Assembly (NCBI GenBank): GCA_039809905.1
Contig: JBDHVY010000001.1
Location: 1,170,001 to 1,202,000, forward strand
DNA: 32,000 nt
Source: Candidatus Babelota bacterium
GTDB taxonomy: Bacteria > Babelota > Babeliae > Babelales > Vermiphilaceae
Reading direction: 5' to 3'
Shown here: piece after piece, positions 28,159-32,000 of the stretch
Position numbering within the stretch: position 1 is the first letter of the stretch
Layout of the letters: every line of letters starts with the position of its first letter
Notes under the pieces: model-generated
What the model was told of the DNA's origin: nothing
What the model saw: the letters and a program-made list of their open reading frames with translations, nothing else
Databases searched by the model: none
Position numbers and translations under genes: made by a program

Positions 28159-28689
28159 ATGTTTACTCGCAATGAGAAAGTTGTTTATCCAGGCCACGGA
28201 GTGGCCATTATTAACTGTGTTATAGAAAAAAAAATTGCAGGACGTTCTTTGCAGTTTTTTGAATTGCGTTTTCTCAATAAAGATATGACCATTCTTGTTC
28301 CAACAGATAATGCGAGCGCGGTAGGTATTAGACCACTTAGTTCTGCCGAATATATCAATGATATTTTTAAAATACTAGCGCAACCAGTTATGACTAAACA
28401 ACTTGATGCAGTAGTAAGCAATTGGAATAAACGTAACAAAGAGTATCAAGGAAAATTACGCAGTGGTAATTTGCTCGAATTATGTGCAATTTACAGGGAT
28501 CTCAGGCACATTGAAGTAAATAAAGAACTTTCTTTCGGTGAAAAAAGCCTGTTGCAGCAGACAGAAGCTCTTTTAATTGAAGAAATTTCGATAGTTACTA
28601 AGGTTCCTCTTGCTGATGCAGCTCAGCAATTAAAGGACTTAGTTGGAGCAAAAATAAAAAGAAATAATGAAACAATGCGAACTTTGTGA
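28159..28689 (+). CDS. CarD/CdnL-family transcriptional regulator
   Basis: MFTRNEKVVYPGHGVAIINCVIEKKIAGRSLQFFELRFLNKDMTILVPTDNASAVGIR; start chosen at the internal Met 28159 rather than the track's 28105. Confidence 0.9.
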   Translation: MFTRNEKVVYPGHGVAIINCVIEKKIAGRSLQFFELRFLNKDMTILVPTDNASAVGIRPLSSAEYINDIFKILAQPVMTKQLDAVVSNWNKRNKEYQGKLRSGNLLELCAIYRDLRHIEVNKELSFGEKSLLQQTEALLIEEISIVTKVPLADAAQQLKDLVGAKIKRNNETMRTL

Positions 28690-28708
28690 TTGAAGTTTAA
28701 CTATTTAT

Positions 28709-28742
28709 AGCGAGGATCCCTCAAAAAATTGGGATCCTCGCT
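28709..28742 (+). terminator. Hairpin downstream of carD-like gene
   Basis: agcgaggatccc ... gggatcctcgct, 12 bp perfect stem followed by attttgg. Confidence 0.65.
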
Positions 28743-28765
28743 ATTTTGGTGTATGCTTATCTATT

Positions 28766-29791
28766 ATGCATAAAAAAATAAATCACCCATTTATGTTTAT
28801 TATCTATGGCCCAACTGGTGTTGGCAAAACAGAACTGGCTTTAGAAGTTGCTCAATATATTCCTGCAGAAATTGTTAATATGGATGTGGGGCAATTTTAT
28901 ACACCTCTTTCTATTGGTACTGCAAAACCAGATTGGCAAAATAGCTCAATTCCGCATCATCTTTTTGATAGCATCAATGCTCCCATTAATTGGACTACTG
29001 CTGAATATCGTATTCGAGCATATAAAATTATTAATGAAATTATTAGTCGAGGTAACCTACCTATTCTTGTAGGTGGATCAGGCTTTTACTTACATTCATT
29101 ATTGTTTGCGAGTCCATTTTCTGCCGAAAGCCTTGAAAACATTAACATGATAAATTCTCAAGCAAATATTCAGGTACAACAATCTAAAAATAGTAATAGT
29201 GATAAAGATTTATGGCAACAACTTTATTGTATTGATCCAGTGAGGGCTGAGGCTATTAGTAAGTCTGATACATATCGTATTGAGCGAGCTTTGAATATTT
29301 GGTATACCACGGGAAAATTGCCATCATCATATGCACCACTATATAATCCAGAAATGGATTACTCTATACTTTTTGTAGATCGGGACCGCCAAGAATTGAG
29401 AAAAAGAATTGATGCTCGTGTAGATGAAATGCTTGAATCCGGTTGGATTGATGAGGCAAAAAATCTTATGAATAGTCCATGGCAAGATTTTCTCAGAAAA
29501 AAAAATCTCATTGGATATAGTGAAATATTTGATTATCTTTCGCTTAATAACAGAAGTTCGGATGCCTTTGCCCATATGGTAGAATTAATAAGTGCCCAAA
29601 CACGGCAATATGCAAAAAGACAATGTACATTTTGGCGTAAGTTAGAACGTGAAATAAAAAAAGAAAAGCAGTATACTGGTACCAATGTTGGTTGCCTTGA
29701 TGTAGTCAATTTGACCAATACAGATGGTAAGTTATATAGTAAAAAACTGAGCTCCATCTTGAACGCTGTATTTGAGAGAAAAGTTCAATGA
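28766..29791 (+). CDS. miaA: tRNA dimethylallyltransferase
   Basis: 341 aa; IIYGPTGVGKTELALEVAQYIPAEIVNMDVGQFYTPLSIGTAKP, LPILVGGSGFYLHSLL, SAQTRQYAKRQCTFWRKL. Confidence 0.95.
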   Translation: MHKKINHPFMFIIYGPTGVGKTELALEVAQYIPAEIVNMDVGQFYTPLSIGTAKPDWQNSSIPHHLFDSINAPINWTTAEYRIRAYKIINEIISRGNLPILVGGSGFYLHSLLFASPFSAESLENINMINSQANIQVQQSKNSNSDKDLWQQLYCIDPVRAEAISKSDTYRIERALNIWYTTGKLPSSYAPLYNPEMDYSILFVDRDRQELRKRIDARVDEMLESGWIDEAKNLMNSPWQDFLRKKNLIGYSEIFDYLSLNNRSSDAFAHMVELISAQTRQYAKRQCTFWRKLEREIKKEKQYTGTNVGCLDVVNLTNTDGKLYSKKLSSILNAVFERKVQ

Positions 29792-29819
29792 AAGCGATAA
29801 AAAAATTAGGAATAAAACT

Positions 29820-30455
29820 ATGAATAAATGGGAAGATTCTTTCAAGAAAAATGAAGCCATGTGTCATTGTTCAAACAATGGCCTTTTTATACCTAATAGA
29901 CAGCTGAGTATTATAGTTGCAGGATTACTTTTTTTAGCTTTTTGCATTTTTATATCAGGATATTTTTTGGGCAAAAAAAATGTAGTAGAACAATATTCTG
30001 AGAAAATGCAGCAAGAAGCTTTTTCTGACCAAGTCTATGCATCAATACTCACTCATCCAGAAAATAGTGAACAACAAAATTCACCTACATTACTCGTAAC
30101 TCAAACTGAAACGCAGCCTGTTGAATTATTACATGAACCAGTTGTTCAAGCAGTGATGAGCGAAAATCAAATAGTTACATCTGCTACTCTGCCAGAACAA
30201 TCATCAGTTCAGTATTATGCGCAACTTATAGGGTTTGGAACGGAAAAAGCTGCTCAACAATTTGTAAAAAAACTTGCAATAAAAGGAATCGAAACTGAAG
30301 TAAAAAAACGAATAAGCACAACAGCTAAAGGGCGTACTTCTTATTGGTATCAAGTGGTAACAGCTGCATATTCCAATAAAAATGATTTGATAGAGCTTGT
30401 TAATAAAATTACTAAAGAAGAAAATATAAAAGATGCAAACATTCGTGTTTGTTAA
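29820..30455 (+). CDS. SPOR-domain membrane protein
   Basis: Single TM (IIVAGLLFLAFCIFISGYFLG) plus C-terminal VQYYAQLIGFGTEKAAQQFVKKLAIKGIETEV...YWYQVVTAAYSNKNDL; start chosen at internal ATG 29820. Confidence 0.75.
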   Translation: MNKWEDSFKKNEAMCHCSNNGLFIPNRQLSIIVAGLLFLAFCIFISGYFLGKKNVVEQYSEKMQQEAFSDQVYASILTHPENSEQQNSPTLLVTQTETQPVELLHEPVVQAVMSENQIVTSATLPEQSSVQYYAQLIGFGTEKAAQQFVKKLAIKGIETEVKKRISTTAKGRTSYWYQVVTAAYSNKNDLIELVNKITKEENIKDANIRVC

Positions 30456-30495
30456 TAGTAAAGATAAAAAAAAGAATATAAAGAAAGGTTCAGTA

Positions 30496-32000
30496 TGATT
30501 ATTACTCTTCGCAACCAGATTAAACAGTCATCATTTAGATATGTCTCGTTTTTTATTTTTGTAGTTATAGGTGCGGGAATGATTTCGATACCAGCACTTA
30601 TGAGGGAAGAACGAACTGGCGGTTCATGGGCAGTGAAAGTAAATGGTGAACAGGTATCATATCAAGATTTTGCAAGAGAAATTGCTGAACAAAGTGAGTT
30701 TCTTGCACAAATCCGTGCTCAATACGGTCAATATGCAGATCTTTTATTTCAGGCAATGGGATGGCCAACAGATCCTCAGTCTCTGGCTCTTGAAGAACTC
30801 ATCAGAACAACATTAATGAAGCAATTTGTCAGAGACCTTGGTCTACGTGTTCATGCAGATTATATTGCTGAAAGCATGAATGATGTACAATTTGCTCGTC
30901 GTCATTTACAACGTATAGTGCCCGCTTTTGTGTTTGATCAATCAGGAGTACTAGATCCTGAAAAACTCCGCATGTATTTGCAGTATAAAAATCTTTCGGT
31001 AAAAAAATTTGAGAGCAAGGTAGAAGATAGCTTAAATCAGTTACAGGCATTACAGATTGTTGCATCTTCATGCTACGTTCCTTCATTTGATATAGAACAA
31101 GAATTTATTGCAACTAAGCTTGGCAAACAATTTTCATATCTCACCTTTTCATATGATTCATTCTTGGCTGCTGAGAAAAAAAATGTAATCAATGATGAAG
31201 ATGCTCATGAATATTATGATAAAGAAAATATACAAGCACGCCGTTACTGGGTTCCTGAAAAACGTGATGCTATTGTATGGAAATTTAGTCCAAGTGATTA
31301 CAATGCATCAATTTCTGAAGAACAAATAACAGAATATTATGAAAATAATAAAGCAAATAAATATGTACTTGAGCCTCTTAAAGTAGAAGTGCGACAAATT
31401 TCTGAAAAACAACTAGCTCAATATCCTGACTTAACCCTTGAGATGGTAAAAGATGAAATCATACACAATCCAGCATCGGCTTGGAATAAAAAATGGGAAT
31501 CATTAAAACCATTTGCTCGTGGTGAAAGAAAAGGATCTTTTGAACAAGAAGCATTTTTATTACAAAATGAAGGCGATATTTCATCAATCATAGATACAAA
31601 AGATGGAAGAGTATTTATTCAGCTTGTTAGAAGAATCCCTAAGGTCTATAATCAACTTTCAACTGTGCGCCACGATATCAGAACTATTTTATCTGAAAAA
31701 CAGTTTAAAAAGCAGTTTGTTAAGGACTTAAAAGAGATTTTATCAAAAGATGATATCCAATCAATAGAAGCATTTATTGCACAAAAGTATGGCAAAAAAG
31801 AAGTTGCGCTTGGGGTTATAAAAAATGATACCCAGCTTTCCCAGGAACTTTTCGGATTAAAAAAAGATGAATATGGTGTTTTTGTGGATGGAAATACGGG
31901 GTTTGTTGTTAAGTTGACAGCTATCGTTGAACGCCATCTGCCTAAATATGAACTAATTCGTGATATTGTTGTTGAGGATCTTCATCAAGAACGTGCTTAT
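30496..32000 (+). CDS. PpiD/SurA-like periplasmic folding factor (peptidyl-prolyl isomerase family), truncated by window edge
   Basis: ATG 30496 with RBS-like aaagaaaggt; MIITLRNQIKQSSFRYVSFFIFVVIGAGMISIPALM..., WAVKVNGEQVSYQDFAREI, IVPAFVFDQSGVLDPEKLRMYLQ; open to the end of the window. Confidence 0.75.

Noticed and set aside
1-32000. CRISPR array, prophage, transposase, restriction-modification or toxin-antitoxin system
   Set aside because: No regularly spaced repeats, no recognisable nuclease, integrase or transposase motifs among the ORFs, and no tRNA/rRNA seen. Short intergenic repeats are reported separately.

Overview
The window is AT-rich bacterial chromosome dominated by genes for predicted secreted or membrane proteins. 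Housekeeping genes sit between them: ychF/OLA1-type GTPase, dnaK, a carD-like regulator, miaA, a SPOR-domain protein and a PpiD/SurA-like protein that runs off the right edge. The accessory part includes: (i) a NagZ-like GH3 followed by four consecutive exported GH1 (beta-glucosidase clan) paralogs, all of which have Ala in place of the canonical TFNEP acid/base Glu and a shared Glu two residues later, and one of which also has Gln in place of the ITENG nucleophile; (ii) an exported protein resembling eukaryotic mitochondrial carriers (SLC25); (iii) an exported eukaryotic cytosolic-phospholipase-A2-like protein with its catalytic motifs intact; (iv) a tandem pair of exported ankyrin proteins with C-terminal TM segments; (v) two exported HExxH metallopeptidase-like proteins; (vi) F-box-like small proteins. 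A roughly 1.3 kb gene-poor interval upstream of dnaK holds a GC-rich block with inverted repeats next to a ~550 bp purine-rich low-complexity tract. The gene mix suggests a host-associated/intracellular bacterium, possibly Dependentiae/TM6. That assignment is inference only. No CRISPR array, rRNA, tRNA or transposase was seen.
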